Made by a program: the position numbers and the translations under genes. Below are positions 25,269-38,062 of a stretch of 64,000 bases of DNA, piece after piece. The stretch's first letter is position 1; each line of letters begins with the position of its first letter. Source of the DNA: Lama glama (Eukaryota); the NCBI GenBank assembly GCA_028534125.1, contig CM052849.1:2108001-2172000 (forward strand), read 5' to 3'. The notes under the pieces are model-generated. The model saw only the letters and a program-made list of their open reading frames with translations, made no database searches and was not told the origin of the DNA.

Positions 25269-27076
25269 AACCAAACACACACACATTCTGGAGGCTCCTC
25301 CCTCCCGCTGGCCATGCTGGGTGGCTGTGCAGGGGAGGGGATCGGGGGAGGGACGAGGGGGCTCCCCTCTTAATCTCTAACAGTCCCTGTGCAGTCACGT
25401 CCCAAATAAGCAGAAACAAAATAGGCAGAGAATCGAAACTTCCAAGGGTGTGCTCCCTGAGCTGCGAGACAGGGCTGGCTGATGGGCACCCAGGCCTTAC
25501 ATCTCCCAACCCGTGTATCTGTTTAATAATAGACAATCAAGGGAAGCCTTGGTATTCCCTGGAAAGGCAGCCTCAACCAACCATCACGCTGTCCCACCAG
25601 TCAAACTGGCACAGTCACTGTTGCCGGCGGCCACACGCCAGTCTGAGCCACTCCCTCTTCTTACAGAGTTTGCACAGCATCCCTTTCTGAGGCCTCTTCT
25701 CTGTCCACCTGCACCTTCCTGACCCAGGCTGACAACTCCTGCTGGCCGGTTTTCTGAGGTCAGAGGAGGACCTGGCCCATCACAGATCACACCCAGTGAC
25801 TGCACAGCATGAGCCTGCAGCCCACGTACACCCACACCATACCTGCCTGGAAAACACCAACTGCCCCCAGACCAGCCTAAGTCCTGCCGGCTCCTCAAGG
25901 GGACCCCAGCGACCTTGACACCCCATTCCCCAGTCCCACTTCTGCCTATCAGGGAGCCAGGCCCCCTCTGAGGCCTCTGCCCCACCCTGCAGGACCCCCG
26001 CTGCAGAGCTCTCAGGAAATGTGTGCAGAATGGAGCCCGGACTGCTGGCGACTGGTCTCCAGGGAGCAGCCAAGCTGGGTTGGGGGAGTGGGGTGGGGCT
26101 CCTGGACCCGACATGCATGGAGGATCCCCAGTTCCTGTCCCAGATCCCAGCTCCTGTCCAACCCTCTGGCCAGTGTGCCCCAGGCTGAGGCTGGAGCAGG
26201 CCCTCTGGAGGAGCAAAGGTCACACTCTCAGTCCTCCCTGCCCAGAACAGATGGGGACAACAGGTAGGACCAGGGGAGCAGTTCACCGATCAGCACACAC
26301 ACGGGTCAAGAGAACGGAACGAGAGACGGGGCCCTGGAACTTGGGTGGGTGGGCAGGAACTCAGTCACGCAGAAAGACCCCAGCGGCAGGGTGGTCTCCA
26401 GTTTCTGTTTACACCTCCAGCAAACGCTGGGCCACATTTGTTTACAAAAGTAAAAGCTGATCAAACACCAGCCTCCTTCTGGTGGCTCGGCCAGCGGCAG
26501 TGAGGCAGGCCCGGAGCCCCCAGCGCATCTTATCTACAGAGGCCCCGCCTGGGCACCTGCCCGCCTCTAGCCCCACTCCCACCCTGGGTCCCAGGCCAGC
26601 AGCACCGTGGCAGTGATGGCACAGTGCTGGGGACTCTTCCTGATCGTGGCTCATATCCTTGGGGGGTCCAGCCAGGGAGGCGTCGCCCCTGAAAACTGGG
26701 CTGGGATGGAGGTCACAGAAGAGCCCACGGGCTCCACGGGACAGAGCTGGTTCTGGACTCCACACTCATCCTCAGTTTGAGCCTTCCTCCCACCGCCCTA
26801 TGCTCTAGGAGGGGACTCCATCCGTGGGACAGGCCACGGGTCCTGGGGATCAGGCCCTGTCTGTTGTGCAGCAGAAGCTCGGGTACAGTCAGTGAACGTC
26901 TGAGGTGCTTCAGGGAAGTCAGTGTCCCAAACAGTGGAAAAGCCTCAAATTTTGATGTTGCTAATGGTTATTTTTGCAAAACACCTGCCAACCTTTGCCC
27001 AGCACTGCCCCCGGCCCAGGCACCCATACCATCTCCCTGAACCTCCCCATCCCCTTAGGGGCAGGAACTTCCAGAC

Positions 27077-27120
27077 GCCCATTCTTCAGACAGGGAAACT
27101 GAGCCTCCAAGAGACTAACA
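27077..27120 (-). mobile_element. MIR SINE core fragment
   Basis: cccattcttcagacagggaaactgagcc. Confidence 0.5.
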
Positions 27121-27214
27121 GGTGGACCCTGACTGCACCCGTCCTCCTGTGTGACCTGCCTATTCACTTACTTTCCAAACACATTTCAAAGAGAAGATGT
27201 TTTTAGAAGGCCAA

Positions 27215-27710
27215 CCTGATAACCCTACGACCCAGCAATTTCCCTCCAAGGCATATAACCCAGGAGTTCAAACCAAAACCTAAATCAGCAAGTTTAAAGA
27301 GCACTCTATTTCACAATAGCCGAAGGGTGAAACAACTCCAATGTCCATCATCTGATGAGTACACCCAAGTGGTCTATCCACACAGTCGAGTATTGTTTAG
27401 TCTCAGAAAGGCCGGGAGTACGGACACCTGCCACCACAGGATGAACCCCCAGAGCGTTATGCCAAGAAGGCAAAAGACCCCATGCTGTCTGATCCCGTGT
27501 ACATGGAGCATCCAGAACAGGCACATCCGCAGTGACAGAAAGTAGAACCCTCGCGAGTACGGGGTTTCCTTCGTGGGTGATGAAAATGTCTGGGAGCTAA
27601 AAAGAGGTAGTGAGCGCACAGCATCGTGAATCAAGTGCCACTGAACCATTTACTTGGAAGTGTTTAGTTTTCGGTTACATTATGTCATCAAAATGGTACA
27701 AAAAAGAACA
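27215..27710 (+). mobile_element. L1M 3' fragment
   Basis: gacccagcaatt...ttcacaatagcc...aatgtccatca...gccactgaa blocks. Confidence 0.7.
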
Positions 27711-30700
27711 AAATAGACCTGTTTTTCTCTCTTAAATGGGGAACTGGGAACATAATCCAGCTGTTTCCTGAAGACCCAGAGCATCATTCCGGACAGACGT
27801 CAGTCCGGCCTGGCACTGTCACCCCAGGCCACCCACAGGCAATGAGAGGCTGCTCCATTTCTGAGATATAGCTGGTCGATCTGGGAGGTTTTCCTGTTTT
27901 CCCTACCACCGTCAGGCTGGCAGCTACACCAAGTGGGCCAAAATTCTTTATATCAAGAGGTCCCCCATCCAGTTAGCGGCTGCGCCCTGGCGGGAGGGCT
28001 TCTGTTGGAGCCTGGGGTTCTGTGGGAGCCTGTCAATCTCGCCCCTGCCCCAGTCCTGGGTCAGCCCGGTAGACAGCACTCCTGGAGACTCACTGGCTTC
28101 CAGATGCACTGAGGGGGAGGCCCCCAGGTGCCAGCCTGAGTCGGGGGCTCAGATCTCCAGGAGGCAACCCAGCAGCAGCACCAGGTCTGGGCCAGGTGTG
28201 CCACCACGAATCCTCACACATCCGCAAGGTGGCCGCGGGCGCCTTGTTTAACAGAAAAAGCTGACGGTTTAGAAGTGGAAGCAATGTGTCCTGAGCCCCA
28301 GGGCTGGAAAGTTAAGCAAAGTTGGGAGGTCTGCCCGGCCAAGGCCACCTCCAGGGACCTCACGGGTTCAGCCACACCCTGAGCTGGATCCCCAGTTTCA
28401 GGAGTCCTGAGGGTGGCCTCGGAGTCGGCTTGTGTAAAGGGGTGATATCTGGTATTCTGTACCCGAATTTGAGATGTCTCAGATGTCAAAGGCAAGGAAC
28501 AGACCAGAAGGTGCAAGGTCTCAAAGTCTAGCCCCAAATGGATGCTCTCTTGGAAAACCTGTGCACGGGAATCATGGGAGGGTCAGGAACTCATCCATCC
28601 TGGACTTAACGTATCTTGAAAAGGAGACAGAATGCCCTCTGTTTCCAGGCTCCACTAGCCCGACCTCCGGGGCCTCCTTCAATCATCCCTGCCGCAAAGA
28701 AAGACAATAAACAAGCTGGCATCGTCGCGGGCCCGGCGGCATTGTTTCATCTCTCCACGTTCCCACCGGTGAAATGGGGATAATGACACTCCACCCACAC
28801 ACCCCGGGGGGTGACAAGCAGGGCACCTCCCAGAGGGAGGAAGCGTCTAGAAGCACAAGCATCATTTATTGTAATTATCGGAAGCCTCGGCCATTCCCGC
28901 GGTCCAGCCTGTGACAGCTGCCGGCACCACATCCCAGAAAGCTGCACGATGTCCCCTTGCCTGACTTCGCCTGGCATCTTCAGTGCTGCTCCTACATCCA
29001 CACCAGGCTGAGGGCTCTACTCTGGGAAACATGGAAGGGCCCATGTGCTCGGGGCTGCCAGCAAGATTCTTCCCGGGGCTGGGATCCAGCAGGATCCATG
29101 GCACCGGTTGGGTCTCCATGGGTCAAGGGGTGACCTTGGCACTGTGATTCTGTCCCTCTGGTCCACCCCAAAGCCAACCAGGGCGCCAAACGCTGGCCCC
29201 ACTCCACCATTGCAGAGCCACCCACCAGGAAGGCATGTCCCTCCCACTGTCCCAGACGCGATGTGCTCCCCCACTCCTGGGGGCCTCCGGGTCTCTGTGG
29301 AGCACAGGGTCTGGGAAACAGCTTAGGAACCAGGTGGGAAACAAGCCAGCGAGGCTCTCCATCCAGATGCAAGAGGAGCCGAGGATGAGGCTCAGCCCTT
29401 GACCTGAAACTTGAAGCTGTCATGTGGGAATTACCACCTCCAATGATAATCCCAGCTGTCGTCGTGGCATGACAGCCTGTCCAGCCCATGGCTCACTGCC
29501 CAGTCGGCCAGGCTCGTGGGAGGAGATGGGACTTGCACGGCCGCACCACCCCCAATGGGCACAGCTGCCAGACACCGACTCGGGGCTCCAGCTGGCCACC
29601 CGCAGGCCAGCCAGGAGAGTGGGTCCCCATGAAGGTCTAGGGCATTGGTTCCAAAGGCACCTTTTGGGGAAAATGAGTTTTCCAGAGACTCAACCCGTAG
29701 ACAGGGCAGCGTGGACCACTATGCTGCAGAAGGCCCTGGACCCACAGGGTGGAGACCCACTCAGCCCTTCCCTTAAGAATCATGTGCTCCAGGGAAAACA
29801 AGGTATCCAGGAGGGATCCCAGAGGGGCCTGACACCCGTTCTGTGCCTGGCGCTTCTCCTAGAAATGTCCCACGTGGTAGAGTAACAGCTCGGCTCCACC
29901 ACACCCCCCGCCCCATACACAGGCCGTAGGATGGCACCTCACGTGGGTACTCTTAAAGGCACAGGCTCTGAGCTCGGACTTCCCGGACAGACCTGGAGAA
30001 AACAAGCCCAGCTCCTGGGTCCCAGGCCACTGCCCAGGTCGCTGACCGCGTGTCTCTGTCCCTTCAGACCATGCACGGCCATCCCCCTACACGGAGAGCA
30101 GTGGTGACAGGCCACACGCTCATGTCCCCACCTGGCACACAGCAGGCATCCTGCACGTGTCAATCCCCGTTCCATCCTCACGAAGGAACCCGACCACTCA
30201 CCCCCCGGCTCTGCACACCAGGACCCTTCTCAAATTAAGCACTTTCTAAAGCATTTCTGAGACTCAAGTCAGTCCCAGTTGTGCAGAGGTCCGTCTCTCA
30301 GTCTTGCCTGACTCCAGCCTGAAGCGCACCTGCTCTTGGCTCAGGCGTGGGGAGTGTCACCCACAGCAACTGGCAGGTCGAGCTGGTCTACTTGGACCGC
30401 TCGACTCAGCCAGCAGCTCCCTCTCAGCCCTTCCAGAGAGGCTGCATGTGTCAGCACCACAGTGGCAGTGCAGACAAGCATCCCCCAGCCTCCTGGCTGC
30501 CCAGCTGAGCTGCGTCCCAGTGTTGCAGGGTGGACAAGAGGGGAGGAGACAGCCGTGTCCGAGCCCCACTGACTGGCCAGTGAGGCTCGAGGAACCGGTG
30601 CGGAGAGACCAACTTTTTCCTCTGGGGGTGGGGATGTGAGAACCTGGTGGGCACCAGAGCTGGCTGGAGCCCAGAACACTGTCACAGAGGCCTCAGAGCT

Positions 30701-32123
30701 GGGGTGACAAGCCAGCCTCTAGCCAACACCCACTCTGGCCCCAGGGAGTCAGCCCCCAGGCATGTAGCCCCTCAGTCTTCAGGGCAAGGCCCTCTGGGAT
30801 GCCCCTCCCTGAAAAATCTGACACCCGAGCATGTGGGCCTGGACGTTTACACCCTCCCTGCTCTGTGGGAAGGGCCCCTTCATCAGAGAAGCCACTTCCC
30901 GGTGGTTTACGCCCAGTTATACCCAGAGGGCATGGGGGCGGCAGGGTTGCTTCCAGGGAACTCAGAGCCAGAGACCTAAGAGGTGGACCAGGAACGGTGC
31001 CTCCACCCTGAAGCCCACTCTGCGCCAGCCCCCTGCAGCGCAGGCCCCACCGCGGCGGGGAAAGCAGGAGCATCAGGTATAAGGCCCTGCAGGGCTGGGA
31101 AACACACTGCGGGCCTTGTCATCCACCGTCTCCCCGCCTCCCCCACTGCGTGCATGGCTCTGGGCTACGCCAGGCATGGTCCCCGCAGCCCGTCCAGCCC
31201 AGGCTCGCGGTCAGGGGCCCAGCGCTCCTGCTTGCTGCCCAGGCTGCCTCCTCCCTTTGCTCCCGCAGGCTCCCCCCTCCTCCCCGCAGCCCGGTGGACT
31301 GGGCCCCCAACACTCTCCAGCCTGGGCCCTGGCACACTCTCTCCATCCAGGTGGCCTCCTTGGGCCTCTAAGACCAACCAGGTCTTCACAGTCCAGCCCT
31401 CCCCAGTGTGACTGTACCTGATACCACACCTCTGCCAGGGTTTCAAGACACCTGAGGGGAGCGTGGGCTAGGCTCACTTCTGAGTCACAAAATTCAACAG
31501 TGATTTTTTTGGGTCACTGACAGCCTAGAGAGCCTCTGGCATCTGCCCAGGGGCCCCATGTGTCCACAGCCCTGGCTGGCACACCTCATGCAGCAGGTGA
31601 AGTCACCGTGCCTCCCAGGGTCCAGGAGTGGAGGCACTGACGGGGAGGGGAGCAGGAACCCACCACGTGCACACATGGAGCCAGCACTTGACACACGGCA
31701 TTGAAGTCGGCCTCGTGTTTTGGGAAAGCGGAAAAAAAAAGCAACGATGGTGTCTTTTCTGTTTTCAAACAAGAACAGCCTGTCGCCACCGGGCAGAGAA
31801 TCGTCTGTGCCAAGAGAAGGATGGCGGGGGAGGCGCCTGCATGGGCTGCTCAGAGCACACTTCAAGAAGCAAGCATCTATCTAAGTGGGAGCCGGGCGCA
31901 CATGGGCCTGCAGGAGGCTCCGATGAAGGCACTCCGCTCTGCTCAGAGATGTCAGGGGTCCCGGGAGACCACAGCAGGTGCAGAGGAGCCCCATGGGAGA
32001 TCTCCCACCAGATCCCGGTGATCCAGAAAAAGGCTTCTCTCTGAGGCTCTGGACCCAGGTTCAGGCTGAAACCCTCTAAGCGGATCTCCATCCCTTGACA
32101 TTCTCCCTGTCCTTACAGAGAAG

Positions 32124-32198
32124 CACGTGTGTGCATGTACATGAGTGTGCACAAGGGCATGTGTGTGCAGGCATGTGCATGTGTGTGAGGCACGTGCA
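32124..32198. repeat. Imperfect (TG/CA) alternating purine-pyrimidine tract
   Basis: cacgtgtgtgcatgtacatgagtgtgcac...; similar tracts at ~18448-18502 and ~36230-36278. Confidence 0.7.
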
Positions 32199-32564
32199 CC
32201 TACCACAGGGAGCCTCACCCAGCTCCTCAGGCCGGCAGCTCCTGCTTGTGGTCACCAAATTCATGCAGGACAGACGCCCCCTGGCCTGGCCCCACCACGT
32301 GAACCTCACTCTTGAGTTCATGGTGGCACTTGTGTCCCTCTCATCTGCCATCCTCTCCTTGAGGCTGAGGCAGGACGGGGCCATGCATGCACATCAGGGG
32401 GTGCTTGCTGACCGGCCAGAGGGACACAGAGCTGGCAAATGGCCGAGCTGGGCTACAACCTCCCTCCCGGTCAGGCCCCACTGCCCCCAGGCACTAGACT
32501 CTACAGGTGGCAGGATGGTCGCCCCACACTGGCTGTACCCAAGTGGCTGATTTGGGGCAGAGCA

Positions 32565-32662
32565 GAACTTGGCTCCAATCCAGTGGCACCACTGCCCAGC
32601 TGGGTGACCTTGGCAAGTTACTCTGTCTCTCTGGGCCCCGGGCTTCTCATCAATAAAAGAGG
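32565..32662 (+). mobile_element. MIR SINE core fragment
   Basis: agctgggtgaccttggcaagttact...tctctgggcc...ttctcatcaataaaa. Confidence 0.65.
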
Positions 32663-34295
32663 ATTCAGCTGGTCCGCTGGCCGCACATCCCGAGGAGGAG
32701 GTGCTGGGCACCACACTTGGCAAGGCAGCATCCAAGAAGGCGCCTGCCCAGGGGCCCTGGGGGCCTGTGTCCTCAGCCTAGCTGGGCCAGGACTCGGAGA
32801 TCAGCAGACACTGTCTTTGCCTGAGCACTGGGTCTCGAGGCTTCCAAGTGTTGGAGGGCGACATAAAATTGGGGCATTGTGCTGAGGTCTGAATATGTCG
32901 GGAGCAAGTCCCTGGGAGGGGAGGGGAGGCTGGAGAAGTCAGGGCAGCGTGCAGGGGATGAAGGCCTTTGGACAGGCTGAGGGCGCCCCAGGGAGCAGGT
33001 GGGTCAGGCACGGCCCAGAGGGAACCAGGAAAGGCTGAGAAAGAGAGTGGGAAGACACCAAAGACTCACTCACTCACCTGCGACTTCCCTCCCCAACCTG
33101 CAGCTCTAGCCTGGGCTGATTCTCCCTCTGATAATGGAGCATAAATGTGGGAGTGGGCCCGGGTGGGGACATAACTCACGGGCCATGTGCTCCACCAGCC
33201 TGGCCAGATGGTGCAGGCAGCCTGAGCATCCAGGGAAGCGTGCACTGCCCATTCCTGCTGGATTCCAGGCCTGCTAAGTGTGGCAGTGGGAGGGGGGCGA
33301 GGAGACCACAACCAGCTGAGACTCCACACAAGGCCGCCCGAGCCCACAGGGGCCTCCCGACGCTGCAGCTCTGTCCAGCACACGCTGCTGTCCCTTGACG
33401 GCAGGGCAGCTGGGGAACCATCTCAGATATAAAGCCCCCTTCCCGAGGCACCTACGAGCCGGGCTGTTAGAGACCTCAATGCTCACCCCAGCACAGCCCT
33501 GAACATTCCTACATCACTCCCCTCTGACCAAAGGGAGAACAGACGCACAGAGGAACCATCACCTGCCCGAGGCCATCCGCCCCGTCAGATGGTCTTGGAC
33601 ACTGTGCTCCCCACCCCACCCACAGCCCCCACCTCAGAGAAGCAGGAACCCCATACTGCGCTGGGGCACATGCCACGGAGGAACGCTATGCGTCCAGGAC
33701 AACTGCAGGGGGTGGCGCTCTAGGGAATGACAGCTGGATGTGGGGCTGGGGAGGGGGCGGCTGGGAAGGCAGGCCCGGCACGCAGGACAACTTCTGGGAT
33801 CCTCCGGCTGGGAATCCCCAGATGGGCAAAGGTCTCCACGCCTCGGTGGCCTGAAGCCTTTCTCTCCTCTGGAAATAAGGGCGGGAATTTCAACACGCAG
33901 ACAGCTGTAGCCACTCCGCGAGGACTTCTGAGCCAGGCCATGGAAATTGACAGAGGAGCCCGCAGCAGAGCAGGGACAGGGCAAACCAGGGTATGCAGCC
34001 GAGAAGACCAGGGAGGCAGAGAGGTGCTACCCAGCATCACAAGCTAGTGGCTGCGGGACACGGTCAGGGGTCCCGAGGGCCGGCCTGAACCTGCCGTGTG
34101 AGCGTCGGCTGGGCCAGGCTCAGGGATTTGAGGAGCGGCTGCAGTGACCAGCACCCTCAGAACAGTGTCCAGGGACAGCGGTCAGCCCACGGGGCACCGC
34201 CACACACAAGAGAGGAGGTTCACAGGCAGAAGCGTGAGCTCCCAGTTCCAGGGGAGGTGGAGAAACACACCACTCTTCCCTGCTCACCACAACTA

Positions 34296-34420
34296 AGATT
34301 TCTGGACAAATCACATGAAGTAGCCGTCTTGGGGCTCTGAGAGGCAGACACGAGCAGGAGGGCGGCGTAGGGATCTCACGACTCGAGGCATGTCCTGGCA
34401 GTGACTTCTTTGGTGTTTTG
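34296..34420 (+). repeat. Inverted repeat, arm A (partner 37956-38062)
   Basis: agatttctggacaaatcacatgaagtagccgtct(t)ggggctctgagaggcagacacgagc...gtagggat...cctggcagtgacttctttggt equals the reverse complement of arm B. Confidence 0.95.
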
Positions 34421-34653
34421 GTTTTTTTCACTGTTACTATTTTTTGCTTTTGTTTAAATGTGTTACGATTGATGGAGACTGATTTCCTCTCAGTGGAACC
34501 GGCTGCGGACCCCACCTACGTGCTCCTAACCACTCACAGGGCTGACAAGGGAAAGGAAACCCAAGGCCGACAGAGGCTCAGCACAGCAGGCATGAGGAAC
34601 TCATGTTGGTCCAGCCTTCCAGAAGATTCCTTCAGTTCAAGAACCATCCCAGT

Positions 34654-34735
34654 GGAGGGGGTGGGGGTACAGCTCAGTGGTAGAGTGTGTACTTACGCAT
34701 GCACCAGGTCCTGGGTTCAATCCCCAGTACCTCCA

Positions 34736-34774
<39 letters not shown>

Positions 34775-34797
34775 ATCAAAGAACAAAATAACCAAAA
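34654..34797 (+). mobile_element. tRNA-derived SINE (Vic-1-like) with (CA)n/A-rich tail
   Basis: A-box cagctcagtggtagag, B-box gggttcaatccc. Degenerate TSD aagaaccatcccag (34639-34652) / aggaactatcccag (34798-34811). Confidence 0.85.
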
Positions 34798-35816
34798 AGG
34801 AACTATCCCAGAGACCAAACGTCCAATAACTCATGGACTTGAACCTTCTCGGGCTCAGCGCTGCTGGGATCTGATCAGTAAATGATTTGGGGGCCATCCT
34901 GGGAGGAGAGCTACTGAATCAGAAAGGTGGCACGGCTGTGCTCCAGAGCCAAAGAGGCCAGTGCTGGTCACCAGGCAGCTGAAAACCCAAGCACTGAAGA
35001 TACACCTGAAAACGGTTTATCTTTCCCAAACCTCTACCCAGATGGGACTTCCTCACACTCCCCTGATGGCTTTTCCGTGTTTAACCAAGCTTGCACACAA
35101 GATGCTCTTCCTCCTGTCCCTCAGGGCAGCTCAGATGCTGGCTGACTCCCCGTTCTTCCTGTGAGGGCCGGACCACAGGGCACCGCGCTCCAGTGGCTCC
35201 CTCCCTGCTTGTGGGCTGAGTGATGCATTCTTGGCGCCTCTGCTGGCAGGAGAGACACCACCAGGGCTGTTTTGGGACTGAACATGTTGACAGCACCCAC
35301 TGCGGTGCCTGGCACGCGGCCGACGCGGAGAGTGGTGGACACCAACAGCAAGTGGCCCCTTCAGTCCAAGTCCCCGGGCTGCCCAGACTCCACTTCAAAT
35401 ACTTCCCGCAAGGCTCTGCTTTCTAACTTTTGAATCACTCAGTGTGTTCAGGCAGCTCAGGGTTCATGTCATTTTTGGCTTTGTGGGAATTTTTTAACCT
35501 CCAAGTGAAGCTGTATTCACAGCAGGCGGCTCCCTCTTCAAAAGGATTCTGTCACAGGCACACATGCATGGCCACCTCCAAGTCACTGCCGGCTCCATCC
35601 TGGGCCTGGTCTCCAAGCCGAGTCGAACTTCACTCTCTCCCCAAACCTAAATCTCAGGTCCTAGTTCTTCTGGTCCCTTCCAGGTGGAATTGAGGGAGCT
35701 CGCATTTCATATTAAACCTAATTTAAAAGTTAAAACTGCCAGAGATGAAACTCTGGACACGCTCCAAAGGAGATGCTATTCCGGGGCCTCTCCACCTCTG
35801 CATTTTATCCTAAACC

Positions 35817-36026
35817 CGGGGTCAGCTACCTTGGTTCTGCAAAGAGCCAGCTAGTAAATATTTTTAGCTTTTCAAGCCATGTGCTATCTGTCACAATTAC
35901 TCAGCCTCACCATCACCAAGCAAAAGCAGCTATATGTTTGGCAGGGACTGAACGTGCAGTGTTCCAATAAAACTTTATTTACAAAAGCAAGCGGGGGTCC
36001 AGATCAAGCTGTAATTTGCTGACCCC
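35817..36026. mobile_element. MER58A-like hAT-Charlie MITE
   Basis: Terminal inverted ends ggggtcagc...gctgacccc; internal gtgttccaataaaactttatttacaaaa. Confidence 0.8.
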
Positions 36027-37955
36027 AGCCTCCATAACAGGGAGAGGCCCACCACCGCCTTCCTCTCCTCGGTTTCAGAACCTGGCTGTTTCCTGCCACC
36101 ACCATGGACCTGGAAATTTGTTACGCAGCTTGGGAACCTCTTTCTTCATCTCTGCCAAGAACCCATCAGCATAGGTGACACCGTAAGACAAAAAGAATTT
36201 CTCAGCTCCCTTCACATGTGGCACCAGTAACACACGCATGTGCTCACACACACGCACACACACGCGCATGCACACACTCTTACAGAAGAATGACTCTGGC
36301 TCCTGTGGGAAGAATATTTCCAGAGGGAGAAAACACACCAGTCACAGCAGAAAGTATGAGCCAGGGCCTTGATTCATTCGTAATAGCGATTGTGCTGGAA
36401 AACAGCACAGGACACTTGAAGGAAATGAATCATTTATGGAGCCCAAGGAGGAGGTTGGCAGGATTTCTCAGGAGACGCCCCACCCAGCCCCGCCTGGAGG
36501 AGGGAGCCCCACGAGGAAGGAGAGCAGGATGTGGGCAGCGAGTCTGCCAGGCTGGGAGAGCATGTTTGCATAGGTTTTATCTGCCTGGTTCCAAAACGAT
36601 TTGAGGCAGCCTTCAGACATTAAACAGCATGAAATAAGACCGCTGGGAAGAAGACAAAAACAAAGGCCCAAAGAGTGTCTGAGGTTCCTGGATGCGTGAA
36701 CCAGGCCAACTGAACACAGCCTGGCCCCCGAGCCTCCTGATGGCAAAGGCTGGAAAGGTGGATGAGTCTGAGTAATGGCTGCAGTCGGGGGGGCAGGGGA
36801 GCTGGGGTGCAGGACGACAGGGGCTGGCAGTCAGTCGCTCACTGTGGGCTCCATAGCCCTGCAATTCTACCCCACCCCCCGATTTGCTGGAGCAGATGCT
36901 GCCAGAGGTAGAAAAGGAGGAACAAGCCCAGATCACCTTGGCTTCCTCCAGACCCACAGGGATTTCCCCCAAATCAAAGTCCCAAACAGCCGCCAGCACA
37001 GAGGGGCAGGAGGGCACTCAGGCCATGCCTTCTGAGTCCCAGGGCGTGACAGCCCGGAGTGGGAGCCCCACAATCCCGTGTGCAGCCAGTGGTCTTGGCT
37101 TCGGCAGAGCCCGCGCCCTGCACCTGGCCTGGCCAGCCTGCCGCGGGCGGGGTCTGAGAAGCAGGGTGGGGTCCAAAGAGTGAGTGGGCCCAAAAGTGCA
37201 CAGAGAGGAGGTCCCCAAATAATCACCCTGTGCGCTGCCCTGGGCTCGGGTGGCATCCTCCGTCCAGGGCTCCCCGGGTTGGGCGTCCTCTGGACGTCCC
37301 CAGAAACAGTGCAGCCCCAAACTGCTTCTCCCTTGGAACAGGAAGCATGTGTCTCGGGGAAGCCGATCTCAGCCCTGCCGGAGGCAGGCTCAGGCACACC
37401 CTCCCATGCCCTGCCCAGCGCTGCCGACCGCCACAATGTCCTTGACCGTGGTGCTGCAGGCAGGTCACCCTGATGTCCCCCTGAACATTCTACAAAGAGC
37501 TCTGAGAACAGTTAGCCAAGTCAACAGCATAAACACCACCTCTAAGGCAGCCCTCCGGACAGCAGAGCCCTGAGGACCAGAGGGGTGGCCCTGGGGCAGC
37601 GGGAGTGACCACTGCCAGGCAGCCACGGTCGGGTCGGTGCCAAGGGACCCGCGCCCACGCCTGTCTTCCTGTTGTGGAGTCAGTGCTGCATTTGCCGCTT
37701 CAGCACCAGCTTCCTCTCGACCGCGTGGAAAGGAGAGATAAGCGGCCGACATAAGGGCACTCCTGTCACTCCCCGGGCACCAGGGCCTCTGCCCGTGGGA
37801 AAGGCAGGGCAGGCCGCGCTCGGGGGCCAGCGGAGGAAGCGGAGGCGTGCCCAGTGCTGGCGCTGCAGTGGGAGGGGGCAGAGCCCCCGTCCTCTCTGTG
37901 CGGGGAGGCTGGGGGAACCACGTCAATGGGGGCCTAGAAACAAAACGTGGAATCT

Positions 37956-38062
37956 CAGAAAACCAAAGAAGTCACTGCCAGGCTATCCCTACCCCAACCC
38001 TCCGCTCGTGTCTGCCTCTCAGAGCCCCAGACGGCTACTTCATGTGATTTGTCCAGAAATCT
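37956..38062 (-). repeat. Inverted repeat, arm B (partner 34296-34420)
   Basis: See arm A. Also visible in the ORF track as the shared peptide RFLDKSHEVAV on opposite strands. Confidence 0.95.

Noticed and set aside
34296-38062. Reading the inverted repeat as terminal inverted repeats of a 3.8-kb DNA transposon
   Set aside because: No TSD, no transposase remnant, and the interior is GC-rich host-like sequence containing an ancient MER58A.
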